Sequence record: DRR378314_2674
Strand: one strand, 5' to 3'
Length of the DNA: 58,112 nt
Shown: positions 1 to 8,884 of the stretch, piece after piece
Layout of the letters: every line of letters starts with the position of its first letter
Numbering within the stretch: position 1 is the first letter of the stretch
Notes under the pieces: generated by a model
The model's database searches: none
What the model was told of the DNA's origin: nothing
What the model saw: the letters and a program-made list of their open reading frames with translations, nothing else
Program-made: the position numbers and the translations under genes

Positions 1-74
1 TTGATAATATTTTTATGTCGAACTCACGTTGCTTAATATAGGCGTTGGGAATTGTTTCAATCGAAAACCAACCA

Positions 75-824
75 TTAAAATACTTTCTTGACAGTTTGTG
101 CCTCCGAGGTAACCCCGGGAGGTAATTCTATTATTTGAAAATTTTTGAACTGGATTTCTGCGCCTTCAGACTCCAGGCATAAGTAACCTTTTTTGATGGA
201 TGATTTACTAATGCCATTTACAAACTTCCCATTTACAGAGAGTTTTATGGTTCCATCAACGCATACAACTTTGTAACTGTTCCATTGGCCTTTGCCAAGG
301 GCCCTATTTTCAATAGATTTACTTCTAGTGCCCCTTGGGTTGTCCGGTTCGGTAACTACTCCACCTACCCCAAAAAGTTCTCCGTGTACATATGCTATAG
401 GAGGCTTAACCCCATCACGTATATTTTGGTTTACCCAATCCAGTTCCAGCATTTGTACTTCCACGCCTCCCGGTAAGCGATCTTTTTCACCGGGTATGGC
501 ATCGCTCCACACAAATACTCCTGAATTTCCGCCTGCTTCCATATGTCGCCATTCCACAAGCATGATAAAGTTCTCATATTGCTTTTCGGAGCGCATAACG
601 CCAATGGGCAGACCGGAACAAATTAAGAGGTCCTTTTCTTTTCGCCAAGTTTCCGGATCTGTATTTACGTTGATCCAGTTAATGGGTTTCTCCTTGACCT
701 TTTTTTTGTTGGCCAATTGTTCCAAGGTAATTTCGGTACCGAAGCTTATTGGTTTGCTCTGGCCCAAGACATTTAGACTTGCTCCCAAGGCAAACAATAG
801 GCAGAGGTTTGTAGATATCTTCAT
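75..824 (-). CDS. DUF1080 (3-keto-disaccharide hydrolase-like) exported protein
   Basis: 249-aa ORF with a signal peptide (..NVLG|Q). DUF1080 motifs NF.M.VEWR..GNSGVF, EVQM, GQWN.Y.V.C and [15 protein letters not shown]. Lies downstream of the Gfo/Idh/MocA gene. Confidence 0.85.
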   Translation of the reverse strand: MKISTNLCLLFALGASLNVLGQSKPISFGTEITLEQLANKKKVKEKPINWINVNTDPETWRKEKDLLICSGLPIGVMRSEKQYENFIMLVEWRHMEAGGNSGVFVWSDAIPGEKDRLPGGVEVQMLELDWVNQNIRDGVKPPIAYVHGELFGVGGVVTEPDNPRGTRSKSIENRALGKGQWNSYKVVCVDGTIKLSVNGKFVNGISKSSIKKGYLCLESEGAEIQFKNFQIIELPPGVTSEAQTVKKVF

Positions 825-914
825 TTGGATGTTTTGTTTGTGATAATTGACAGATTGCTAGGAGTCACAATACTTTTGAGACCCGTTATTTAGCCTTAAA
901 CCTGTTTGTATAAA

Positions 915-2228
915 TTATACAAATTTAGTTTTACCGGGAATGGCCACGGGTTGTGTGGGCCATTTTAAATCCCAATTATATTCATCCACTTTGGGACCAA
1001 GTCTTTCTTGTGAATTAAAGGCTTCTTCCCAGCTAATGGTCTGGCCGGTATAGCTTACCATTCGTGCCCATATTGCCAACATGGTACTGGTGGCCATCCA
1101 TTCGCCATTGTTGATCGGGTTTCCATTTCTAATGGAAGCGAATAGTTCATCGTGTTCTGTCTGGAACATATTGTTTCTTTCCCCCTCATAGGTCCATTTA
1201 TTCTTTCCCGTTATTTCATACCTACGTCCAATATGTACTATAGCACTACCCTCACTGCCAAAAACTTCAACACTGTTTTTGTGGGAAGTATCGCTTTGTT
1301 GCCTAGTAAAATGATACCCTTTTGCACCATTCCCGTATTCGAACTCCACGGCAAAATGATCAAATATATTGCCGTACTTTTTGTCTACCCTAACTTGTCT
1401 TCCGCCAGTTCCAGTGGCACTTATGGGCATTTTATCACCCATTACCCACGACATCATGTCCAAACTGTGAACGGCCTGTTCTACAACAAAATCGCCAGAC
1501 AACCAATTGTAATAATACCAGTTGCGCAAATTGTATGTCATATCGGTCCAGTCTGGTTGTCGTTCCTTGTACCAAGCTTCCCCACCATGGCGGAAAGTGG
1601 TAACGGTTCTGATATCTCCAATAGCTCCATCCAAAACCCGTCCATATACAGCTCTATTGGGATAGTCATACCTAAAACAAAAGCCGGATACCAGGGAAAG
1701 GTTTTTCTCCTTGGCCATTTTTGCCGCTGCAAGTACTTTATGCACGCCCGGAGCATCCACCGCTACCGGTTTTTCACAGAAAACATGTTTTCCGGCATTT
1801 ACTGCTGCCGTAAGATGGTCTGGCCTAAATGCGGGCGGCGTTGTCAATAAGACTACGTCTACTCCAGAATCAATTACCTTTAGATAGGCGTCAAATCCAA
1901 TGAACTTGTTTTTGTTTTCTACTTTTATTTTGTCGCCGGCAATCTTCAGCAGGGCGGAATGTGCTTCCTCCAGTCTATCTTCAAAAACATCGCCCATGGC
2001 GTAAAGAACTACATTGGGGTCGGCTTCCAAGGCTTGGGCGGCAGCTCCGGTTCCCCGTCCACCACAACCGATAAGGCCTACCTTTAGAGGGGAGTCTTTA
2101 TAATCATTTGTTGCTCCAAAGGAAATGGCAGGATAGGTCAAGGAACCTCCTATAATTGCTATCCCCGATTTTTTTATAAAATCCCTTCTGCCCGGGGCAC
2201 TTGAATTTGTAGATTTGCGATCTTTCAT
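915..2228 (-). CDS. Tat-exported Gfo/Idh/MocA family oxidoreductase
   Basis: Twin-arginine signal GRRDFIKK, Rossmann motif VGLIGCGGRG, HVFCEKP motif, EQAVH.LD. Confidence 0.9.
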   Translation of the reverse strand: MKDRKSTNSSAPGRRDFIKKSGIAIIGGSLTYPAISFGATNDYKDSPLKVGLIGCGGRGTGAAAQALEADPNVVLYAMGDVFEDRLEEAHSALLKIAGDKIKVENKNKFIGFDAYLKVIDSGVDVVLLTTPPAFRPDHLTAAVNAGKHVFCEKPVAVDAPGVHKVLAAAKMAKEKNLSLVSGFCFRYDYPNRAVYGRVLDGAIGDIRTVTTFRHGGEAWYKERQPDWTDMTYNLRNWYYYNWLSGDFVVEQAVHSLDMMSWVMGDKMPISATGTGGRQVRVDKKYGNIFDHFAVEFEYGNGAKGYHFTRQQSDTSHKNSVEVFGSEGSAIVHIGRRYEITGKNKWTYEGERNNMFQTEHDELFASIRNGNPINNGEWMATSTMLAIWARMVSYTGQTISWEEAFNSQERLGPKVDEYNWDLKWPTQPVAIPGKTKFV

Positions 2229-2441
2229 TTTTTGTTGATTATATTTACCCTTGTTAAAATTCTATACAAAATAGCAATTTTTTCCTTAAGCACTTCTAAG
2301 GAGCCCTAACATGGTTATTATTTTAGGGAACTTCTGTTGTTATTATGCTAAATCACGGCTGGTAATGAGGCCGCCAACTATAAATTGACAGAACAGGGGA
2401 AGTGTATTTTGTAATCCGAAAATTCGTGGACTGAAACTACT

Positions 2442-2750
2442 TTACATTAAATAGCAGTCTACGGTATCGGCCAAAATATGTATTAAAAAGGCAATCCCGA
2501 AGACCCTGGTTTTTGTAAAAAAAAGCAAAAGGAAATAACCTGCTATGGCCCAGTAAGTATGAAGGGGGTGAAAGTTAATACTACATCGGCCTGGGTCAAA
2601 AATAGGATCTGCCAATAGATGATCTAAATCTAAAAGAATTCCGGCCAACAGTATCAAGATTATTTTTAGACGGTGATCCTTAAAGAATACCAGACCAATA
2701 ATAATTGGAAGTATAAAATGAATGCCATAATGTAGGAAAAACCTAAGCAT
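2442..2750 (-). CDS. Small membrane protein, DUF6122-like (possible metal-dependent hydrolase family)
   Basis: 102 aa, hydrophobic, with motifs H..IH, DLDHL, FHPLH and H...D. Its start overlaps the wbqC stop. Confidence 0.7.
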   Translation of the reverse strand: MLRFFLHYGIHFILPIIIGLVFFKDHRLKIILILLAGILLDLDHLLADPIFDPGRCSINFHPLHTYWAIAGYFLLLFFTKTRVFGIAFLIHILADTVDCYLM

Positions 2751-3375
2751 TTTGCAGGTTTAGGTTCAAGTTTTTCAGGTAGGTCAAGGCGTTGGTACCT
2801 TCATTGAATAAAAGGTCCAAAATACTTAAATTGGGAATAAAGTCATTTCTGTCCTCAAATACTTGCACATATTCCGGCTGTTGAAATTGAAGCTTTGTTT
2901 TGGAATTTATTAAAATCCTCCCATCACTTTTGTCGGTAACATCAACTTCAAAGACTTCGGTCCTGTCCAAAGGCATATTAATTTGCAGACAATCGCAAAT
3001 GGTTTCGATTGTCTTCAAGTTGAAATCCATTAAGGAGTGGAATGTATTGTGGTACAACGGGGCGATATCATCTTCATAGAATTCAAAGAAAGGAGAGGTC
3101 CTATAAGCTGTTTCCAAGGTTCGCCAATGCTGTCTTTGCCAAGGGTAATCGTTGTCCATTTGTACATCACTGTACCTTTGTTTCCCTTTTTTGTTCCCCA
3201 CATGTTTTATAGGTATAGTGAGCATATGCAGCCCTAGGTCCGTGCAAATATAACACCTATTTCGAAAAGTTTGTTTTTGAAAATTGTCCATGACTTCCCA
3301 ACAAATATCATTTTGAACAATAGCCGCAAAGTTGGCGATATTGGGAAAATAACCTGGATGTAGCAACAGTTTCAT
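2743..3375 (-). CDS. WbqC-like family protein
   Basis: Motifs PGYFP, NFQKQTFRNR, AY..SPFFEFY and Y.QVF.....FIPNLSILDLLFNEG. The position next to lepB is typical of Bacteroidota. Confidence 0.9.
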   Translation of the reverse strand: MKLLLHPGYFPNIANFAAIVQNDICWEVMDNFQKQTFRNRCYICTDLGLHMLTIPIKHVGNKKGKQRYSDVQMDNDYPWQRQHWRTLETAYRTSPFFEFYEDDIAPLYHNTFHSLMDFNLKTIETICDCLQINMPLDRTEVFEVDVTDKSDGRILINSKTKLQFQQPEYVQVFEDRNDFIPNLSILDLLFNEGTNALTYLKNLNLNLQNA

Positions 3376-3460
3376 GGTCTAATTTGAAAATATATCGATT
3401 CGAAAATGTATCAATTTATAAATTGATTTCTTATTTAGCGGCAAGTTAACCGTGAAATGA

Positions 3461-3516
3461 CTTCTCGACTCCGCTCGAAGTGACGATCGATTGTCTGGTC
3501 GAGCGGAGTCGAGACC
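3461..3516. repeat. Head-to-head dimer of REP-like palindromic elements (16-bp perfect inverted repeat)
   Basis: TCTCGACTCCGCTCGA (3463-3478) is the exact reverse complement of TCGAGCGGAGTCGAGA (3499-3514). It is a GC-rich island in an AT-rich intergenic region. Confidence 0.8.
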
Positions 3517-3667
3517 TGAATGCAATGACAAAACATCCCTAACCTAACACAAGTTAAAACGCTGCCTTTGTTGGCAGATATGTATTTTTATGGCATAATT
3601 GTTTAGTTGGCCATTGGCAGTATTCGAAACCATAGTTGTCCCATTGGTACATTAAATCATTGCAACA

Positions 3668-5401
3668 TTAATTGTCCACTTTCTTCTTTTTTCTAAAGAA
3701 ATCAAATATGAACCAGGCTGCCAGCAGGATAAGGAAATACTTAAAGTAAGAGGTAGGCTCACCATCTCCGTTTACGGTAGTAAATACCCGGTCCCATCTT
3801 ACCTTCCAATTGCTCATGCCATCGTTAATACCATCAATGCTCATCCATATAAAAATGGGGGTTCCCACTATATGGTCTTCAGGGACATAGCCCCAGAATC
3901 TACTATCTTCAGATCTATGTCTGTTATCTCCCATCATCCAATAGTAATTCTGATCAAATGTGTAGGAATTGGCAACCTCACCGTTAATAAGGATCTGATT
4001 TCCGTTCACTTTAATGTCATTACCTTCGTATTCCTTAATTATCTTTTCATAAATGGGAAGTACTTCTATGTTAAGTGGAACCGTTTTTCCTTTTTCGGGA
4101 ATATAGATCGTACCCATATTGTCCACAGTTCCTGTATGTGCCGGATCTTGCGGGAAAACCGAAGTATCGGGATTTTTATATGAAAATTTATTAATTGAGG
4201 CGATTCCATCCTTGCCTGTATAATTTTTGGCCTCTGCCTCGGTTAAATTAAAGAGTGCCATGTTGTTCATGTCTTCGGACTTTAAATAGTCCTTCACCTT
4301 CTGGTTGCCCACATTACCTGCGTAATAGGTATAAGAGGTATCGGATTTTATCTGTTCCAAATTCATGGCCTGAATTACCTCTGTAGCCCGTTCCTGTTGG
4401 AGAGAGCTGTTGGGGACACGTATAACGTTCCCCGATAGGTTCTCCCTGCCCAATAGTTCTATAGCGGCATTGGAAAATTGTCCGTCTACTGTAACTGTAT
4501 GAAGGAATTCTGGTTTTGCCCTATAGGGTAAAACCGTTTTTTCACCGTTGATATAAACATAGCCATCTTTAATGGTCAACGAATCTCCCGGTACCCCAAC
4601 GCAACGTTTTACATAGTTGGATTTTTTGTCGATGGGTTTGCGTACTCCTTGCTGTCTTTTAAAAAACTGGTATACGGTATCTGCGGGCCAACTAAATACA
4701 ACAATATCGTTTCGTTTTACCTTTTTAAACCCGGGAAGCCTTAAATATGGGAGTTGTAATTTATTCCAAACAGAAGTTTTGTAGGTAGCAGGGTCTACAT
4801 CCGCAACATAAGATCTGGTTTTTAGTATTGGCAGGGTATCGTGGACCATGGGAGCGGCTACGGTGGTCATTGGTATCCGTGCCCCATAATGAAATTTACT
4901 TACGAAAAGGAAATCTCCCACCAGTAGGGTTTTTTCCAAGGAACTGGTAGGAATAACAAAGGGTTGAATTAAGTAGGTGTGGACCAAAGTAGCGGCCACA
5001 ATGGCAAATACAATGGAGCTGACCCATTCTCCCAGCGCGGTTTTGGGGTGAATGTCCCTGTTTTCAATATATTTTACGTCCTCAACAAAATAGTTCACGT
5101 AATAGATATATAGTCCAAGGGTCAATATGGCCAACCAGGTATCCAATAAACTATTTTTCCCAAAACTTCTAAGGGTTTCTACCCAGACTACAGGAAACAT
5201 CAATAAATTGATGATCGGGATAAAAAGTAGAATCACCCACCATTTAGGCCTATTGATAATCTGCATCAGCACAATGGCATTATAAACTGGGATTGCCGCT
5301 TCCCAAGCTTTACGTCCTGCTTTTACATATAATTTCCAGGTGCCTAAAAAATGTATTACCTGAATAATTAAAATAAAAATAATCCATTGAGTGCCGTTCA
5401 T
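3668..5401 (-). CDS. lepB: Signal peptidase I with N-terminal membrane (DUF5684-like) domain
   Basis: Catalytic Ser box IPTSSLEKTLLVGD, Lys box YVKRCVGVPGD, box E GDNRHRSEDSRFWG. Confidence 0.95.
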   Translation of the reverse strand: MNGTQWIIFILIIQVIHFLGTWKLYVKAGRKAWEAAIPVYNAIVLMQIINRPKWWVILLFIPIINLLMFPVVWVETLRSFGKNSLLDTWLAILTLGLYIYYVNYFVEDVKYIENRDIHPKTALGEWVSSIVFAIVAATLVHTYLIQPFVIPTSSLEKTLLVGDFLFVSKFHYGARIPMTTVAAPMVHDTLPILKTRSYVADVDPATYKTSVWNKLQLPYLRLPGFKKVKRNDIVVFSWPADTVYQFFKRQQGVRKPIDKKSNYVKRCVGVPGDSLTIKDGYVYINGEKTVLPYRAKPEFLHTVTVDGQFSNAAIELLGRENLSGNVIRVPNSSLQQERATEVIQAMNLEQIKSDTSYTYYAGNVGNQKVKDYLKSEDMNNMALFNLTEAEAKNYTGKDGIASINKFSYKNPDTSVFPQDPAHTGTVDNMGTIYIPEKGKTVPLNIEVLPIYEKIIKEYEGNDIKVNGNQILINGEVANSYTFDQNYYWMMGDNRHRSEDSRFWGYVPEDHIVGTPIFIWMSIDGINDGMSNWKVRWDRVFTTVNGDGEPTSYFKYFLILLAAWFIFDFFRKKKKVDN

Positions 5402-5486
5402 ATCGGTAATTGTTATTTAATGATTGATGTTTGGAAAAGAATTGATCAACCGTTAAGTCATTTTAAGTTGTTCTTTGTTACGTTCT

Positions 5487-6188
5487 TTAACGAAGGTTTA
5501 ACACGTCCTTCATTGTGAAAACCCCTGTTTTTCCAACGATCCACTCTGCGGCGATCACTGCTCCTAGGGCAAAACCTTCCCTGTTATGGGCGGTATGTTT
5601 AATTTCTATGCCATCCACTTCGCTTTCATAAGATACGGTATGGGTTCCAGGAGTATCGGCGATACGCTTTGCAGTGATGGGAATTTCCCTGTCCCCAGCG
5701 CTGTCCAATTTCCAATCGATGTAATTGGTATTATCAATAACACCTTCAGCCAAAGTAATTGCCGTTCCACTAGGTGCATCCAATTTTTGGGTATGGTGGA
5801 TTTCCTCCATCACAACCTTATATTGATCTTGGGAAGCCATTAATTTTGCTAAATAAGAGTTCAGCTCAAAAAAAAGATTCACACCCAGACTAAAGTTGGA
5901 GGCATAAATAAAGGCTCCATTATTTTTTTTACATAAGTCCACTGCCTTTTGGTAATCCTGAAGCCATCCGGTTGTACCGGAAATTATAGGCACATTGTGT
6001 TCCAGACAGTTCTTAATGTTTCCATAAGCGGCGTTGGGCATACTAAAATCGATGGCAACATCAATTTCTGAAAAATTTATATCCGTAGCGTCCAAATCAA
6101 TTTTAGCTACAATGGTATGGTTTCTTTTTAGGGCGATCTTTTCAATCATTTTACCCATTTTACCATATCCGAACAAGGCAATATTCAT
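5487..6188 (-). CDS. dapB: 4-hydroxy-tetrahydrodipicolinate reductase
   Basis: Motifs GYGKMG, IDFS, GTTG, ASNFSLG, EIHHTQKLDAPSGTA and FALGA. Confidence 0.97.
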   Translation of the reverse strand: MNIALFGYGKMGKMIEKIALKRNHTIVAKIDLDATDINFSEIDVAIDFSMPNAAYGNIKNCLEHNVPIISGTTGWLQDYQKAVDLCKKNNGAFIYASNFSLGVNLFFELNSYLAKLMASQDQYKVVMEEIHHTQKLDAPSGTAITLAEGVIDNTNYIDWKLDSAGDREIPITAKRIADTPGTHTVSYESEVDGIEIKHTAHNREGFALGAVIAAEWIVGKTGVFTMKDVLNLR

Positions 6189-6191
6189 AAA

Positions 6192-6839
6192 TTAAAACTT
6201 AATGGTTAAAGCCATTCCATATACTGGTTTGGCGGTAATGGCGTCCATGTCCAAGTATGGTTTGAAATCCATACTAAGGTCATCATCCACGTTAAATTGC
6301 TTTAAATGCGAATCCACATTGGCATCCACAATATTTAGGGCGTACATCCCAATGGTGACCAAAAGCCATAAATCCCGATCTTCCTGGTATCTTTCCTGCG
6401 CACTTTCCAACGCCGCCTCCGAAAAGTCAGGATCTGCCCCGGGGGCATTGGGTGTGCCAAGGTCATAAAATTCATCGTCCGTAAAACCGGCCTGGCGGCG
6501 TTTAAAGGCCGTTCTAAAGCGGTCATATAGGTCGTCGTTGTATATGTAGCCATATATTCCACCGCCTATAATGGCGTAGACTATGGGAACTTTCCAATAA
6601 CGTTTGTTATATATTTGACCAAGTCCTGGAAAAACCGCGGAATAAAAGGCTGCCTTACTGGGCGCCAAGGGATTGATGGCCCTTTTTTTGACTTTAAGGG
6701 TGTCGACCACTGTAATCCCCTCTTTTTTAAGGGAGGTTGTGATAGAATCTGATGCCTGGGTATTGTTTTCTTCCTCCTGCGCTAGTCCAAAGGTGATAAC
6801 AAGAAAATATAGTGCCAGTGATACAAGATATTTACTCAC
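6192..6839 (-). CDS. DUF5683 domain protein
   Basis: Signal peptide. Motifs P.KAAFYSAVFPGLGQIYNKRYWKVP and NIVDANVDSHL. Usual Bacteroidota position between parB and dapB. Confidence 0.85.
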   Translation of the reverse strand: MSKYLVSLALYFLVITFGLAQEEENNTQASDSITTSLKKEGITVVDTLKVKKRAINPLAPSKAAFYSAVFPGLGQIYNKRYWKVPIVYAIIGGGIYGYIYNDDLYDRFRTAFKRRQAGFTDDEFYDLGTPNAPGADPDFSEAALESAQERYQEDRDLWLLVTIGMYALNIVDANVDSHLKQFNVDDDLSMDFKPYLDMDAITAKPVYGMALTIKF

Positions 6840-7758
6840 CCGTAATCAATTTTTTTAACCGATTGAATTCTTCCTTGGAGTGAAAGGGGATGGTGATTTT
6901 TCCTTTGCCTTTTTCTGAGGCTTTAATATCTACTTTTACCGATAAATAATCTGAGAAGGCACCAAGGTTTTTGTCAATGAAATCCGGGTTTATAGCTGCT
7001 TTTTTTGGCTCTTTTCCAGATGGGGCCGTAACCGGGGCTACCTGGTTATTGCCTTCCTGATAATCCTTTACTGCTTTTTCCGTATCCCTTACCGATAGAT
7101 TTTCACCTACAATTTTTTCGTAAAGGGCAATCTGGTCCTGCTTTTTTTCCACATTTACCAGAGCCCTACCGTGGCCCATACTTACAAAACCGTCACGTAT
7201 TCCGGTCTGTATAATGGGATCCAATCGCAGTAACCGCAAATAGTTGGTAATGGTAGAGCGTTTTTTGCCTACCCGTTCGCTCATTTTTTCCTGCGTCAAT
7301 TGAATTTCATCTATCAACCTTTGGTAGGAAAGTGCAATTTCAATGGGATCTAAATCCTGTCGTTGAATATTTTCAACCAAAGCCATTTCCAGGGATTCCT
7401 GATCGTTGGCAATACGGATATATGCCGGTATTGTCTCCAGGCCAATTAATTTGGAAGCCCTGTACCTACGTTCCCCAGAAACTAATTGGTATTTATTAAA
7501 ATCAAGCTTTCTTACGGTTATTGGCTGTATTACCCCCAATTCCTTAATGGAAGAGGCCAATTCCTGTAATGCTTCATCATTGAAATTGGAACGGGGCTGG
7601 AATGGATTAACGTCTATTGCGTCCATATCCAGTTCCACAATATTGCCCACAACTTTATCGGCATTCTTGTCGGTGGCCGACTGAATATCGTTTTCCGGGT
7701 CTTTTAATAGGGCCGATAGTCCGCGGCCCAACGCTTGTTTTTTTATCGCTTTCGCCAT
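6832..7758 (-). CDS. parB: Chromosome partitioning protein ParB/Spo0J
   Basis: N-terminal ALGRGLSALL, NPFQPR, CTPase motif GERRYRA, ENIQR.DL and an HTH region. TAATG overlap with parA. Confidence 0.97.
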   Translation of the reverse strand: MAKAIKKQALGRGLSALLKDPENDIQSATDKNADKVVGNIVELDMDAIDVNPFQPRSNFNDEALQELASSIKELGVIQPITVRKLDFNKYQLVSGERRYRASKLIGLETIPAYIRIANDQESLEMALVENIQRQDLDPIEIALSYQRLIDEIQLTQEKMSERVGKKRSTITNYLRLLRLDPIIQTGIRDGFVSMGHGRALVNVEKKQDQIALYEKIVGENLSVRDTEKAVKDYQEGNNQVAPVTAPSGKEPKKAAINPDFIDKNLGAFSDYLSVKVDIKASEKGKGKITIPFHSKEEFNRLKKLITGE

Positions 7759-8531
7759 TATGCTGTCTCCTTGTTTTTCACAACTACTTCATTTGCCAAA
7801 TTTAAATAATTGGCAGCTCCTTTACTACTTGCATCGTATTTAATAATGCTTTCACCATAACTAGGGGCTTCGCTCAATCTTACATTTCTTTGTATGATGG
7901 TGTCGAAAACCATTTCAGAAAAGTGCTTTTTTACCTCCTCCACTACTTGGTTGGATAACCTTAATCTGGAATCGTACATGGTAAGTACCATTCCTTCTAT
8001 ATCCAATTCGGGATTGTGTATTTTTTGAACACTCTTAATGGTGTTTAATAATTTGCCCAATCCTTCCAATGCAAAATATTCACATTGTATGGGAATCATA
8101 ACAGAATCGGCCGCAGTAAGGGCGTTCAATGTTAAGAGACCTAGGGAAGGCGCACAATCTATAAGAATATAGTCGTATTTTTCCTTTAGATGGCGAATGG
8201 CATTTTTCATCATATATTCCCTATCGTCCTTGTCCACCAACTCAATTTCGATGGCTACAAGATCAATATGCGCTGGGATAAGATCTACATTTGGGGAGGA
8301 GGTCTTTATGATGGTTTCTTCGGCGGTTTTGGTATGTTCCAATAGTTGGTAGGTTCCCAACTCAATACTATCTACATCCAAACCTAGTCCGGAAGTTGCA
8401 TTAGCTTGGGGGTCAGCGTCTATTAGTAATACTTTTTTTTCCAATACACCCAAAGAGGCGGCTAAATTTACCGAAGTAGTAGTTTTTCCTACACCACCTT
8501 TTTGATTAGCAATAGCAATTATTTTGCCCAT
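7758..8531 (-). CDS. parA: Chromosome partitioning ATPase ParA/Soj
   Basis: Deviant Walker A NQKGGVGKTT, DADPQAN, DCAPSLG, QCEY.ALEG and RL.EAPS. Start placed at MGKII (8531); the ORF track extends to 8537. Confidence 0.97.
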   Translation of the reverse strand: MGKIIAIANQKGGVGKTTTSVNLAASLGVLEKKVLLIDADPQANATSGLGLDVDSIELGTYQLLEHTKTAEETIIKTSSPNVDLIPAHIDLVAIEIELVDKDDREYMMKNAIRHLKEKYDYILIDCAPSLGLLTLNALTAADSVMIPIQCEYFALEGLGKLLNTIKSVQKIHNPELDIEGMVLTMYDSRLRLSNQVVEEVKKHFSEMVFDTIIQRNVRLSEAPSYGESIIKYDASSKGAANYLNLANEVVVKNKETA

Positions 8532-8884
8532 TATCATAGTAAGTTAGGGGGTAAAAATACGATTATTTAAGTTGTTATAAAATGTATTTTGTTAACACTG
8601 GGTGAATAACTGTAGTCTTTGGCGTTAAAGTACGTTAAAGTTGTATGGGATTTGTTCTCAGGCCATTACATGTTTATTGTTTTTTCGCGAATCACTTATA
8701 CACAACTTATTAATGGTACTCAATTTTTAAAAGCCTCGGTCACAACGTTGGAAAATATTGGAACCAAGACCAAAAAAGTAGCCATCACTGGTAAAATACC
8801 CTGGCCCTAGCGCTTATTACTAATTGTGGTCCACGGCTTGTTTTGAAGGCTAAACCCATTTTGTCCGTTCAGGAACAGCGGATA

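Noticed and set aside
8619-8810. 63-aa plus-strand ORF between parA and scpA
   Set aside because: TTG start, no motif, opposite orientation to all neighbours, and it overlaps the likely parA regulatory region.
8532-8884. oriC or parS next to parAB
   Set aside because: Only one perfect and one imperfect DnaA box, no dnaA/dnaN/gidA nearby, and no TGTTTCACGTGAAACA-like palindrome seen by eye.
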